Shown here: one piece after another, positions 8,399 through 17,277 of the stretch
Layout: every line of letters starts with the position of its first letter
Numbering within the stretch: position 1 is the first letter of the stretch
Assembly (NCBI RefSeq): GCF_036323395.1
Contig: NZ_AP028907.1
Span: 1,620,001-1,652,000 of the forward strand
Source: Pyrodictium abyssi
GTDB lineage: Archaea > Thermoproteota > Thermoprotei_A > Sulfolobales > Pyrodictiaceae
Reading direction: 5' to 3'
Length of the DNA: 32,000 nt
Program-made: the position numbers and the translations under genes
The notes under the pieces: model-generated
Seen by the model: only the letters and a program-made list of their open reading frames with translations
The model's database searches: none
What the model was told of the DNA's origin: nothing

Positions 8399-9337
8399 TT
8401 ATACGCGGGGCTCCTCCCGGTGGCACATCACTGTGGCGCGGTACAGCTTCTCGGCCGCCTCGCGGGCCCAGTCGCGGGCTTCTAGCCTGCCTAGCACTGC
8501 CTGGTCTACCCCTTGGAGGCCGCTGTAGGCTGCTGCCAGGGCAGCGGCCATGGCTGCTGCTGTGTCGGCCGAGCCCCGGGCCATGGCTGCTGCTGCCCGG
8601 GCGGCCCTCAGGGGGTCCCGGTGGCTCCTCATGTAGGCGTAGAGCGCAGCTGCGAGAGGGTGGGGCTCGCCCCCAGGCAGCGGGGCTAGGAGCCGGGCGG
8701 CGCGGCCAGGCGGCTCCTCGGCTAGGTCCTGTAGCCTGGCGGCGATCTCGCGGAGCAGGGGGTCCTGGGCCTCGTCCTCGAGGACTAAGGGGAGCTGGCC
8801 GGGGTCTAGCCGGTAGAGGGTCTGGTGCAGGGCTATCACGTAGAGCCTGGCCGCCTCCACGTCGTGGCTACTACTGTGCGTCACTAGGGCCTGGGCCTCG
8901 GCCATGGAGGCTGCTACGCGCTGCGAGCGGTAGAAGAGCGCCACGGGGGCGGCCCGGGCAGCAGCGTCGAGCCGCGGCCCGTCCTGGAGTGGCTGCATAC
9001 GGGCCTTCCACCAGGGCTCGCCGCGGCGTATACCCGTTATCGCGGCCGCTGTAGCTGGGTGGTAGAGGCGGAGCGGGTTCTCCACGTCGGCTAGCTTGGC
9101 GAGGGCCTCAGCGTAGCCTTTTGGGTTGAAGCCGCAGTTCTCGGCGATGCTCTCGGCTAGGAGGAGCGTCATCTCGGTGACGCTGCCGTAGGCGTAGAGC
9201 CCGTCAACCAGTATACCCGGGGCGTCGGCAGCCCCCGTCATGGCCACTGGGAGGCCTACAGCCTCGCCCAGAGCTGTGGCTAGGAGCACGTCGTGGAAGA
9301 CCCTGGCCAGGCTGCCAACAGGCTCTAGAAGCGGCAT
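8399..9337 (-). CDS. ADP-ribosylglycohydrolase-fold protein, divergent
   Basis: Family-like blocks are LLATALGEAVGLPV (compare GDALG.P.E), YGSVTEMTLLLAESI (compare TDDT), THSSSHDVEAARLY, and GSADTAAAMAAALAAAYSGLQGV (compare GGDTDT.AAIAGAL.GA..G). ATG at 9337. Confidence 0.7.
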   Translation of the reverse strand: MPLLEPVGSLARVFHDVLLATALGEAVGLPVAMTGAADAPGILVDGLYAYGSVTEMTLLLAESIAENCGFNPKGYAEALAKLADVENPLRLYHPATAAAITGIRRGEPWWKARMQPLQDGPRLDAAARAAPVALFYRSQRVAASMAEAQALVTHSSSHDVEAARLYVIALHQTLYRLDPGQLPLVLEDEAQDPLLREIAARLQDLAEEPPGRAARLLAPLPGGEPHPLAAALYAYMRSHRDPLRAARAAAAMARGSADTAAAMAAALAAAYSGLQGVDQAVLGRLEARDWAREAAEKLYRATVMCHREEPRV

Positions 9338-9382
9338 ACCGTAAGCCCTCTAGACTATATACATCGGGTTCCGGGGGCTTAT

Positions 9383-9757
9383 CTACCCAGCCCCGGCGCG
9401 GCTTAGCAGCTCCCTGAGCTCAACACTACAGAGGCTCTCCGGCAGCTCCTCCGAGCCCAGCTCCTCTAGGCGCTGGCGCAGCCTCTGAAGCCTCCGGAGC
9501 AGCAGGGTCTTCGAGACAATAGTGGCGCCCGAGCCAGCAGCGCCGAGCGCGAAGAGCAGGGTGAGCAGCCGGGCGCCGAGCGGGCTCAGACTAGCATAGG
9601 GCATCAAGAGCGCGGGCACAGCGATGAAGAGTACGGCGAAGAGCCCGGCACTAGCCCGCTCGGCCCGTAGACTCCTCTCCAGCCTCTCGATGAGGTCTAG
9701 CGCTGCTCTCCTTCGGCAGGGGAGCGTATATCCCAGTAAGACGCCGCTACCGGTCAA
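9383..9757 (-). CDS. small membrane protein (2 predicted TM segments plus Arg/Leu-rich C-terminal helix)
   Basis: Only the C-terminal third of track ORF 9383..10153 looks protein-like (LDLIERLERSLRAERASAGLFAVLFIAVPALLMPY...LLTLLFALGAAGSGATIV...LLLRRLQRLRQRLEELG). The upstream part is Pro/Arg/Ala-rich and overlaps gene 9904..11280. An in-frame TTG at 9757 is proposed as the start. Confidence 0.4.
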   Translation of the reverse strand: MTGSGVLLGYTLPCRRRAALDLIERLERSLRAERASAGLFAVLFIAVPALLMPYASLSPLGARLLTLLFALGAAGSGATIVSKTLLLRRLQRLRQRLEELGSEELPESLCSVELRELLSRAGAG

Positions 9758-9903
9758 CCTCGTCGCATCCCGGCTAGGGGGTGTAGGCTCCTCCGGGGGT
9801 AAACACGCCTTCCCTGGGCATCCAGCAGGCAGGTAAGCCCTCCCAGCGAGAAACGTGCCAGGAGCCCCTGGGGCTAATGCCCCCGACGCGTCTAGGGGCG
9901 CTG

Positions 9904-11280
9904 CTACACTGTCTGAGCGACTAGCCAGGCGAGGACCCGGTGCAGCCAGTCGACGCCCAGGAGCAGCGCGGTAGCCGGCACGAGGAGTAAGAGGCCTAGC
10001 AGCACTAGGCCCAGCACGCGGCGGGCTAGGTTGCCGCGGGTCGGCAGTAACCCTGGCTCGGCGAGCAGCCAGTAGGCGGCAACAGCCATGAGCAGCTCCA
10101 CAGCACTCTTCAGAGGCATAGTGAGGGCCAGCAAGAGGCCCTCTCGTAGACATGGCTCGAGCCCCTGCCAGGAGGCCCCGGCCAGACCGGCAGCCAGCAG
10201 GCTGGAGAACAGCATGGCTAGTACGAGGAGAAGCGGCATAGCCAGGCGGTCTCCCAGCCGCGGCGGCGCCGCAGCAGTGAGTACTTTGAGGGGCTCAGCA
10301 GCGGCCCTGGCTAGCGCTAGCCCGGCTGCAAGGGCCAGGTAGTGGACGCCGAGAATCCAGGTGAAGCTAGGCGCCTCCCGGGCAGCCTCGACGCCCGGTC
10401 TGTCCAGCAGGAACACGGCAGCGAGCGGCGCGAACAGCGCCAGCGCGGCGGCGAGGACGGCCCCTACACCCTCCACGATGCGGGGCGGCTCCCTCCGCGC
10501 GATAGCTACTATGAAGGGGATGGCCATGAGCAGTGCTGGCAAGGCTATCGAGCCAGCGAGCGAAGCCAGCCGGGTGACACGGTAGCTATAGTAGTCGGTG
10601 ATACGTGCCCAGCGGGCCACCACGCTTACCGTATAGTTCCCCTCGCCGCCCGCCTCCTCCACTGAGAGGCTGCTGCCCGCTAGGAGCCCGGGCCACGAGA
10701 CATTCAACCCCCCAGCCTTCACCGTTACTACGAGCGTGCCTCGTGTAGCGTTCTTAGCCGGGGGCTCAGCGGCTACCCTAGCCTCTAGCAGTTGCAGCTC
10801 CTCCTCCACGTAGGGGTAGACTAGGCGCTGCACAGCCTCCGTGGCGTTCTCGGTGCTCATTTCTACCGGTATGCTGGCGTTAGCATGCGTGGTGTTCAGC
10901 AAGTCCAGGGTAGTATTGCCTATACGCAGCACGAGGGTCACGTTGCTCGCTCCCAGGCACTCTAGGCAGCTGGTGTTAGCGCCGCTGCACGCTACAGACA
11001 CAACGAATGATGCCGAACCGTTCACCAGGTCTACAGTCACGTTCCCGACGGCTACCTCCACGGAGACGTTGCACGCGCACGGCGTGGCCAGCGTAACCGT
11101 GGCGCTGGAGCGGGCCCCCTTGGGCGCGGTGTCAATGAGGTAGCCGAGCAGCGAGTCCACGCTATAGCGTCCTGCGTCGAGGTACACGCTAGAGATGAAC
11201 GCTAGGACTACAGCAGCGACCACGGCTAGTGGCGCATAGCTCCTCACTGTGTAGACGCGGAGCATCACACGCCATCCCAT
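9904..11280 (-). CDS. polytopic membrane protein with a heavily N-glycosylatable extracellular domain
   Basis: ATG at 11280. It has an N-terminal TM segment (APLAVVAAVVLAFISSVYL). A domain of about 190 aa follows with 12 N-x-S/T sequons (NVS, NVT, NGS, NTS, NVT, NTT, NTT, NAS, NAT, NAT, NVS, NYT) and paired Cys. Multiple hydrophobic segments then run to the C-terminus. No family recognised. Confidence 0.6.
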   Translation of the reverse strand: MGWRVMLRVYTVRSYAPLAVVAAVVLAFISSVYLDAGRYSVDSLLGYLIDTAPKGARSSATVTLATPCACNVSVEVAVGNVTVDLVNGSASFVVSVACSGANTSCLECLGASNVTLVLRIGNTTLDLLNTTHANASIPVEMSTENATEAVQRLVYPYVEEELQLLEARVAAEPPAKNATRGTLVVTVKAGGLNVSWPGLLAGSSLSVEEAGGEGNYTVSVVARWARITDYYSYRVTRLASLAGSIALPALLMAIPFIVAIARREPPRIVEGVGAVLAAALALFAPLAAVFLLDRPGVEAAREAPSFTWILGVHYLALAAGLALARAAAEPLKVLTAAAPPRLGDRLAMPLLLVLAMLFSSLLAAGLAGASWQGLEPCLREGLLLALTMPLKSAVELLMAVAAYWLLAEPGLLPTRGNLARRVLGLVLLGLLLLVPATALLLGVDWLHRVLAWLVAQTV

Positions 11281-11446
11281 TGTACACGGTGGCTCGGCGG
11301 CATCTAGGCGGGCCCTCGGGCCCTAGGGGCTAGGCTCTCCTCCATGCATGCGTCCATGCGGCTAGGCACTCTCCTAGTCAGCGGTAAAAGGCTGCTCCGC
11401 CCCGGCCTGTCTTAGATGCCGCCTTGACGCGGCTAGGCCCTGAGGG

Positions 11447-12199
11447 CTATGCGCGGCCTCTACACGTGACCTCTATGTTGCCTACGCTCGCTGACGCGTA
11501 GATGTGGGGGCCTCTAGCGGGCGGGCACGCAGCATGTGTGACGCTTACCCCGGTTCCTCCCCCCGCGTTTTCTATCCAGGCGCCAGGCGTGGCCAGGTGT
11601 AGCTCCACCGAGCCAACGTTGGCGTTGAGCCGAGCTACAGCGTCCTCCGGCATGTACACGCCTCTCAACGCTACCCGGCCGACGTTCGTACTCGCCTCTA
11701 GCAGCTCCCAGATCGTTATGTTGTAGGCAATGACCTCGCCTACGTTGGTAGAGACCGTCATAATCCTTGCCGCTATGTCTCTCAGCTCGGTCTTACCCAC
11801 ATCGAGTACTAGGCTGAGCATGTCCAGGCTCGGCTCCGGGAGAACTACCGTAAGCGCGGCCTCGCCGCAGCTGTCCATGTGTAGGCGGCAGGTATCCCTT
11901 ACCTCTATCCTTAGCTCGCCGTCCTCGAGCCATGCGTCCCCGTGGACACAGTCACCAGAATACCTCAGTAAGACAATAGCGTTGGTGACCTCGGGGCTGT
12001 AGTAGACTCGGACATAGGCAACATCCACGTCTAGTGAGAGGCTGTCCGGCATGGGCCCGGAGTAGAGCGTCTCCTCGCTCCAGCCACTGCAGCTATAGCC
12101 CGGTACTGGCAGCCTAACACCGTGAAGCACTACGACGCCAACACCCATAGCGGCCAGCACTATGGCCGCTGCTAGGAGGAGCTTCGCCTGGAAATCCAA
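11447..12199 (-). CDS. DUF4097-like (putative adhesin / LiaG-type beta-helix) membrane-anchored protein
   Basis: TTG start at 12199 and an N-terminal TM anchor (LLLAAAIVLAAMGVGVVVL). The C-terminal half has repeated NVG-type strands: STNVGEVIAY, STNVGRVALRGV, NANVGSVELHL, SASVGNIEVT. Confidence 0.6.
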   Translation of the reverse strand: MDFQAKLLLAAAIVLAAMGVGVVVLHGVRLPVPGYSCSGWSEETLYSGPMPDSLSLDVDVAYVRVYYSPEVTNAIVLLRYSGDCVHGDAWLEDGELRIEVRDTCRLHMDSCGEAALTVVLPEPSLDMLSLVLDVGKTELRDIAARIMTVSTNVGEVIAYNITIWELLEASTNVGRVALRGVYMPEDAVARLNANVGSVELHLATPGAWIENAGGGTGVSVTHAACPPARGPHIYASASVGNIEVTCRGRA

Positions 12200-12237
12200 T
12201 GGGGCCTGCCACCCCTGCGCCGGGCTTCCCCGGGGCG

Positions 12238-12573
12238 CTACGACTCTAGGCTTTCGCGTAGCTTCTCTATCGCTTCGCGTAGCCTCCGTATCTCGTCGCT
12301 AGCGTCTGTACGGCTTGCATCCAGAAGCCTATTGAGGAGCTGACGCCGCTCATCCATCCAGTCCTTGAGGAGCTTACCCCATATCAGAAGCGCGAGCATG
12401 TAGACTATGAATGCTACCCCACCGCCGGCGACGCTCGCGTCGGCTATGAGCAGAGCCGAGTATACTGTAAGGGAGGCCCAGACTATGGCGGAGACCAGTA
12501 TTAGTGTCCGGTCAGTCTTCCATATCATCTCCCTTACCGTCTCCCTCAGCTCCGTCAACACCGCCACCCCCAC
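12238..12573 (-). CDS. small 2-TM protein with C-terminal coiled coil
   Basis: It reads TLILVSAIVWASLTVYSALLIA and GGVAFIVYMLALLIWGKLL, followed by DERRQLLNRLLDASRTDASDEIRRLREAIEKLRESLES. The start is ambiguous (GTG 12573, or ATG 12528 giving MIWKTDR...). Confidence 0.55.
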   Translation of the reverse strand: MGVAVLTELRETVREMIWKTDRTLILVSAIVWASLTVYSALLIADASVAGGGVAFIVYMLALLIWGKLLKDWMDERRQLLNRLLDASRTDASDEIRRLREAIEKLRESLES

Positions 12574-12916
12574 ATGACTTGAGCATGCGGGCTACCTGCT
12601 CCGGAGAGACACATATCTCCCCACGCCATTTGAGCCTATAGAACCGCCGCGCTACCGCCCTGTGCTCCTCCACTGCCACCCTCGACTCTACGAGCCCAGC
12701 AGACTCCAGCTTCTTGAGGTGTATCTTCGCCAGGGCCCTCGACACGCCGAGCGCCGACGCTATCTCCGCGAGGTAGAGCTCCCCACGGCTCCAGAGCAGC
12801 GCCACGATACGCAGCCGCAGCGGGTGCGACAAAGCGTCGAGGACGCGTGCTAGCTCCTCTAGCTCCCTGCACAGTCGTCTCCACCGAGCATAGTGATAAC
12901 TACTGAAAGGTAGCAA
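12512..12916 (-). CDS. ArsR-family winged-helix transcription regulator
   Basis: It reads LDALSHPLRLRIVALLWSRGELYLAEIASALGVSRALAKIHLKKLESAGLVESR. TTG start at 12916, with A/T-rich sequence immediately upstream. The 3' end overlaps the next gene. Confidence 0.75.
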   Translation of the reverse strand: MLPFSSYHYARWRRLCRELEELARVLDALSHPLRLRIVALLWSRGELYLAEIASALGVSRALAKIHLKKLESAGLVESRVAVEEHRAVARRFYRLKWRGEICVSPEQVARMLKSCGGGGVDGAEGDGKGDDMED

Positions 12917-12947
12917 AAATATTACGAGCCACCGAGTAATTACATAT

Positions 12948-12960
12948 CCACACTATGTGG
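12948..12960. promoter_or_regulatory. perfect palindrome CCACA-CTA-TGTGG upstream of the ArsR gene (candidate operator)
   Basis: ccacactatgtgg at 12948-12960 lies 32-44 nt upstream of the TTG start. It is adjacent to A/T-rich TATA-like sequence (atatgtaattac / taatattttt on the minus strand). Confidence 0.35.
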
Positions 12961-13154
12961 CGGCGTGTATCTAGATTAGCCAGGCGGTGGAGTCGCAAGG
13001 CTTGTAGCAGCACACGCCCCTATTGGCAGCAATGTAGTTGCTACGCGAGGCTCTCCCGAGCAGGCGAAGTAGGTTGACAGTATTGAGTAAGGAGAGGCTA
13101 ATGCTGCTAGCAGATCAGCCGACCTGCCACGAGGCCGCCAGGATGGCAACGCGG

Positions 13155-13616
13155 CTACGAATGCGCCTCTCCTAGGCGCGTCCTAGGGCCGGGGCACCGG
13201 GGCCACGCTGGCCCGCTGCCGCTGCAGTAGCGGCTAATGAGACTGTTCACGGTGTCCTCCATGCCGGGAGGCAGGTAGGGATCGTCTAGGTAGCTTGCTA
13301 GGTCCCTGCACCTCCTCGCGACCCAGTCTAGCCTGCCCAGCCTCTCAGCCTCGGCGAGCTCTATATCCAGGGCTGCTAGGTGGGCCCGGTAGGTGTCGGG
13401 GTACACCTCCATGACGGTGCTCCTGGTTATCCGGTAGCCCATGCTCTTCAGGATGCATATCTCCGCGGCCTCGTGCAGCAGGAGAAGCTCCTCGCCCAGT
13501 ATCTCCTCCAATGTGACCCTATCATCCTCGTAGCTCGGGCCCTGGATGTACGCTAGCAGCTCCTCGGGGGCTGCAGCGGAGCCCGTGCTCCCGGAGCCTC
13601 TCAAGGACGTCTCCAA
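13155..13616 (-). CDS. hypothetical protein
   Basis: The track ORF starts at TTG 13616 and reads ...EELLAYIQGPSYEDDRVTLEEILGEELLLLHEAAEICILKSMGYRITRSTVMEVYPDTYRAHLAALDIELAEAERLG.... An out-of-frame ATG at 13623 opens MELGDVLERLREHGLRCSP. This would join the main frame if one G of the G5 run 13566-13570 were removed. No family recognised. Confidence 0.45.
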   Translation of the reverse strand: METSLRGSGSTGSAAAPEELLAYIQGPSYEDDRVTLEEILGEELLLLHEAAEICILKSMGYRITRSTVMEVYPDTYRAHLAALDIELAEAERLGRLDWVARRCRDLASYLDDPYLPPGMEDTVNSLISRYCSGSGPAWPRCPGPRTRLGEAHS

Positions 13617-13846
13617 GCTCCATGGGCAACGCCGGGCACCACCGGCTCTAGAGGGTTCAGGGGCGATGCGGTGCCCGCTGCCCGCGCGGCGCCAGGCGCG
13701 TCTACAATGACGTATCGTCTACGTTTACGCTTGCTGGTTATGCCCTGGCCGGCCTCCGGGGCCTGGTGTAGCCGGGGCTAGCGGCCTCCAGTAACGGTTA
13801 ACGCTAGAAACAGAACTGTGGCCGGCTGATAGAGGGCCTGGGGCCG

Positions 13847-14860
13847 GTGGCTGTGGACTGTGGCTTCAGGGTAGCGCTGCCGCCTCTCGGCAGCGTCTGC
13901 TTCGTCGACCGTGGCCTAGAGTTTGAGAGGCTCTGGGGCCTACTTGGCCGCGGTGCTGGGGTCCCGCTCCTAGTGTACGGCCCCGAAGGCTGTGGCAAGT
14001 CCACGCTGCTACGCTACCTCGCCTGGCGGGCCTCCCGTGACGGCGCTGTAGCGGTCTATATAGATGCGCTCAGCGGCGGCGATCCCGAGGAGGCAGTCTA
14101 CCCCCTAACGGCTGCACTACGCGAGATAGTCGACGAGGTAGCTGGCGCTGCTGGGGGAGCTGCTGGCCGGGTTCTCGCTGGGCGTATAGGCGCCCTGGTT
14201 GCGAGGATTGTCGAGCGCCTCGAGGCTAGTGGTAGGCGCGTACTCCTGGTGGTCGACGATGTCTACCAGGCTATAGGCGTCGAGGAGGCCAGCGCGTACA
14301 CGAAGAGGCTCTACGAGCTAATCCACCGCCTCTACGAGGCTGGGGCGGGCTCCGTGCTCGTAGTCGCCGCGACGTCCGAGGGCGTGTCGAGGAGAATTCT
14401 AGCCCGGCATAGCTATGTGCTTCCGCAGATGCTCTGGAACCTGGGCCGTAGCGGGCTCCAGGAGCTGGTAAGCCAGGTCGACGCGCCCCTCCCGCCGGAG
14501 ACCCTTTGGCGGCTCACCGGCGGTAATCCCCGCGCCCTATCCCAGCTGGCGACGCTCGGCTGGGACGTCGACTCGTGGCTCGGCCTACTGGCTGTGGAGA
14601 GGATAAGGCCTCTGTTGGACAGTATAGGCAGGGAGAGGCTAAAACGCCTAGTCGAGGACCCTGACTCCGACCCCGAGGCGGCAAGCATACTCGAGGAGCA
14701 TAACCTGATGATCCGCCTGTCGCGGGAGGCGAGCCTCGGCGAGGCGCCGGAGCCGGACACGGAGCTAGGGATAGGCAGGGACTGGGCCTGGCAGCTACCA
14801 GCCCTCCGCCTAGCAGCCGAGAAGCTGCTCACACGTACAAAGGGCCGGGAAGGCTTGTGA
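13847..14860 (+). CDS. archaeal ATPase (Arch_ATPase/AAA family)
   Basis: It reads FVDRGLEFERLWGLL, Walker A VYGPEGCGKSTLLRYL and Walker B RVLLVVDDVYQ. The C-terminal helical region contains LTGGNPRAL. GTG start. Confidence 0.8.
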   Translation: MAVDCGFRVALPPLGSVCFVDRGLEFERLWGLLGRGAGVPLLVYGPEGCGKSTLLRYLAWRASRDGAVAVYIDALSGGDPEEAVYPLTAALREIVDEVAGAAGGAAGRVLAGRIGALVARIVERLEASGRRVLLVVDDVYQAIGVEEASAYTKRLYELIHRLYEAGAGSVLVVAATSEGVSRRILARHSYVLPQMLWNLGRSGLQELVSQVDAPLPPETLWRLTGGNPRALSQLATLGWDVDSWLGLLAVERIRPLLDSIGRERLKRLVEDPDSDPEAASILEEHNLMIRLSREASLGEAPEPDTELGIGRDWAWQLPALRLAAEKLLTRTKGREGL

Positions 14861-14951
14861 GGCGGTGACCCCGGGCCACGAGGGACAGATACGGCTCCGG
14901 ATGCGGGCTGCTAGGCCCCAGCCAGGGCCCTTGAGAGGCGGCTTCTCCGGG

Positions 14952-16040
14952 CTATGGCTGTGCCCGTGTCTTAGCTAGTGTGTTCTCGAGCTCGCGTAGC
15001 GCGTTAATGTAGACGCGTACCGCTAGGTCTAGCTCGGCGGTGGTTACCTCCTCGTAGCGGGTGTGGCTTAGCTCGCTCCTCCCGGGGCCGTAGGCCGCTA
15101 TGCTGCCCGCTACCTGGTAGAGTATGTTCATGTCGCTTGTCCCGGCCTTCACGACGGGCTGGGCCCGGTAGCCCTCGGCTAGTAGGCCGCGTATCAGCGC
15201 GCGCGCTGCGGGGCTGCTGGGCCTCACCGAGACCGGCGGTAGCCAGCTCCTGGGCCTCTCCACAGTGCAGCCCCCGGGTAGCCGGGCCTCTAGCCGCTCG
15301 AGGGCCTCTTCGAGGCCGCCGCCCGGGGGTATGCGTAGGTCAACCTCTAGCTGGGCCTCGTCGGCGACTATGTTGCCGCCGCTGCCGCAGCTCATCCGGG
15401 TAACCGTGTAGGTGTAGCCCTTGGCTGTGGGCTCGCTCAGCTCCTCTATGGCCTGGTACGCCTCTACCGCGAGGCTGCAGGCGCTACGGTACAGCCAGCT
15501 ACTGCTAGCGTGCCCGGGCTCCCCCTGGCAGTGCACCCTAAACCGGGCGCCGCCACGGTAGCCTATAGCAACCTTCGTCGTGTTGGTGGGCTCGCCTATG
15601 ATTACCGCGTCTGCGCGCCACCCGGTCTCCACTAGGTGCCAGGCGCCGTGGCTTGGGCCCTCCTCGCCGACAGCGGCGACGACCTCTACGAGTATTCTCC
15701 TGGGCCTGTAGAGCGAGGCAGCAGCCACCATCGCCGCTAGCGGGGCCTTAGCGTCCACTGCGCCCCGGCCGCGGACCACGCCGGGGGGAGACGAGGGCTC
15801 GACCCAGCCCGGGACCGTGTCTATGTGGCTGACTAGGGCTACGCGCGGCGGGTCCTCGACGGGCTCGCTGGGCTCCACTAGTAGCCGGGCGTTACCAGCT
15901 GCGTCGCGCCACGCGGATGTGAAGCCCAGGCTCCAGGCCTCGTCGACGAGCAGCTTAGCAGCGTCGTCCTCCATGAAGGTGGGGCTGTAGACGCTAACCA
16001 GCTCTCTGAGCAGCCTGGCTGCCCTGGAGCCGTAGTACAC
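14952..16040 (-). CDS. lysK: [LysW]-lysine/ornithine hydrolase (M20 peptidase, ArgE/LysK)
   Basis: M20 features are present: VALVSHIDTVPG, RGRGAVDAKAP, AVGEEGPSHGA. It is the last gene of the lysWXJK string. GTG 16040 overlaps the lysJ 3' end by 47 nt. Confidence 0.85.
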   Translation of the reverse strand: MYYGSRAARLLRELVSVYSPTFMEDDAAKLLVDEAWSLGFTSAWRDAAGNARLLVEPSEPVEDPPRVALVSHIDTVPGWVEPSSPPGVVRGRGAVDAKAPLAAMVAAASLYRPRRILVEVVAAVGEEGPSHGAWHLVETGWRADAVIIGEPTNTTKVAIGYRGGARFRVHCQGEPGHASSSWLYRSACSLAVEAYQAIEELSEPTAKGYTYTVTRMSCGSGGNIVADEAQLEVDLRIPPGGGLEEALERLEARLPGGCTVERPRSWLPPVSVRPSSPAARALIRGLLAEGYRAQPVVKAGTSDMNILYQVAGSIAAYGPGRSELSHTRYEEVTTAELDLAVRVYINALRELENTLAKTRAQP

Positions 16041-17181
16041 AGTCCCGCACCCCGCTCGCCAGCTCCTCTATGTCCTCGCGGGTCAGCAGGTAGGGCGGCA
16101 GGAGCCTGACGACAGTAGAGCCCGCCTTGAGGGCTAGGATCCTCTTCTCCTCCTGGAGGCAGCGGAGGACCGGGTCTGGGCGTAGCCGGAGCTCCACCCC
16201 GAGCATAAGCCCCATGCCCTTGACCCGGCGCACCACCCTTACGCCCACCAGCATTTCCTCTAGCAGCTTCTTCAGCAGCGAGCCCTTCTCGGCCGCCTGG
16301 TCGGGCACCTTCTCCTCCACGAGGACCCGGCTGGCAGCCGTGACCGCCTTCACGGCCATGGGGTTGCCGCCGTAGGTGCTGCCATGGAAGCCCGGTGGCA
16401 GCTTCTCGGCCACCCAGCCCGGCACAACCACCATGCTGACGGGGAACCCGCCGCCGATAGCCTTGCCAGCCGTAACTATGTCCGCGCGGATCCCGTAGTG
16501 CTCGTGTGCCCACACGCAGCCGGTACGGCCGAACCCGGTCTGAACCTCGTCCACCACCAGTAGGCAGCCGACCTCGTCGCAGCGGCGGCGCAGCGCCTGC
16601 ATGAACTCGAGAGACGCGGGGTTGACGCCGCCCTCGCCCTGTATCGGCTCGACTATGACGGCCGCCGTCTCCTCGGTCACCGTCTTCTCCACGTCCTCTA
16701 CGTTGTTGAACCGGGCGCGCCGGGTACCAGGGACTAGCGGCTCGTAGCCTTGCCGGTAGAGCGGGCTACTAGAGGTCACCGAGAGCGCGCCCATAGTCCT
16801 GCCGTGGAAGCTGCCAGTGAAGTACACTATCTCGCTGCGCCCCGTCACGCGGCGGGCGATCTTCAGCGCCAGCTCCACGGCCTCCGCGCCGCTGTTGAGG
16901 AGCGTGACATACTCCATACCGTGGGGGAGTATGGGGCTGATTGCCTCGAGCATCTCCTCTAGCCAGGGCCCAGCCATGCCGGGCGGCGCGACCATGACGG
17001 TGTCTAGGGCCTCTCGTATAGCCTCGACGACGCGGGGGTGGCGGTGGCCGAGGAAGGCGACACCGTGGCCCGTGTGCGCGTCCAGGTAGCGGCGGCCCTC
17101 CGTGTCCCAGACGTACTGGCCCTCAGCCCGTGCCACGCGTATCCCGCGGGGCGCGTAGAAGTGGAGGTAGCGGACAACCAT
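15994..17181 (-). CDS. lysJ: class-III PLP aminotransferase, [LysW]-aminoadipate semialdehyde / acetylornithine type
   Basis: It reads YLDAHTGHGVAFLGHRHPRVVEAI, LLNSGAEAVELALKIARRVTGR, LLVVDEVQTGFGRTG and the PLP-lysine context DIVTAGKAIGGGFP. Confidence 0.9.
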   Translation of the reverse strand: MVVRYLHFYAPRGIRVARAEGQYVWDTEGRRYLDAHTGHGVAFLGHRHPRVVEAIREALDTVMVAPPGMAGPWLEEMLEAISPILPHGMEYVTLLNSGAEAVELALKIARRVTGRSEIVYFTGSFHGRTMGALSVTSSSPLYRQGYEPLVPGTRRARFNNVEDVEKTVTEETAAVIVEPIQGEGGVNPASLEFMQALRRRCDEVGCLLVVDEVQTGFGRTGCVWAHEHYGIRADIVTAGKAIGGGFPVSMVVVPGWVAEKLPPGFHGSTYGGNPMAVKAVTAASRVLVEEKVPDQAAEKGSLLKKLLEEMLVGVRVVRRVKGMGLMLGVELRLRPDPVLRCLQEEKRILALKAGSTVVRLLPPYLLTREDIEELASGVRDCVLRLQGSQAAQRAG

Positions 17182-17277
17182 ACCCGCATCGCCACCTAGC
17201 GGCTCCGTAGGAGCAGGGGCTAGCCCTCCTGGGGTAAGAATGTGCTCCGGAGCCCCTGGGCGCTACACCCTCCGGGG

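Noticed and set aside
8254-9054. Long antisense or alternative-frame ORFs inside recognised genes. Examples: 8254..9054(+), 2020..2367(-), 2361..2678(-), 2464..2817(-), 3783..4052(-), 15878..16513(-), 18163..18654(+), 18184..18525(-), 21228..21701(+), 22688..23107(+), 28335..28745(-), 29152..29568(+), 31184..31636(+).
   Set aside because: They overlap genes with clear family motifs on the other strand or frame. Their translations are Arg/Pro/Gly/Ala/Ser-rich low-complexity strings, as expected from stop-poor alternative frames of GC-rich DNA.
9758-10153. N-terminal 130 codons of track ORF 9383..10153.
   Set aside because: They are Pro/Arg/Ala-rich and overlap the 3' end of the well-formed membrane-protein gene 9904..11280 in another frame. 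Only the part downstream of TTG 9757 looks like a real protein.
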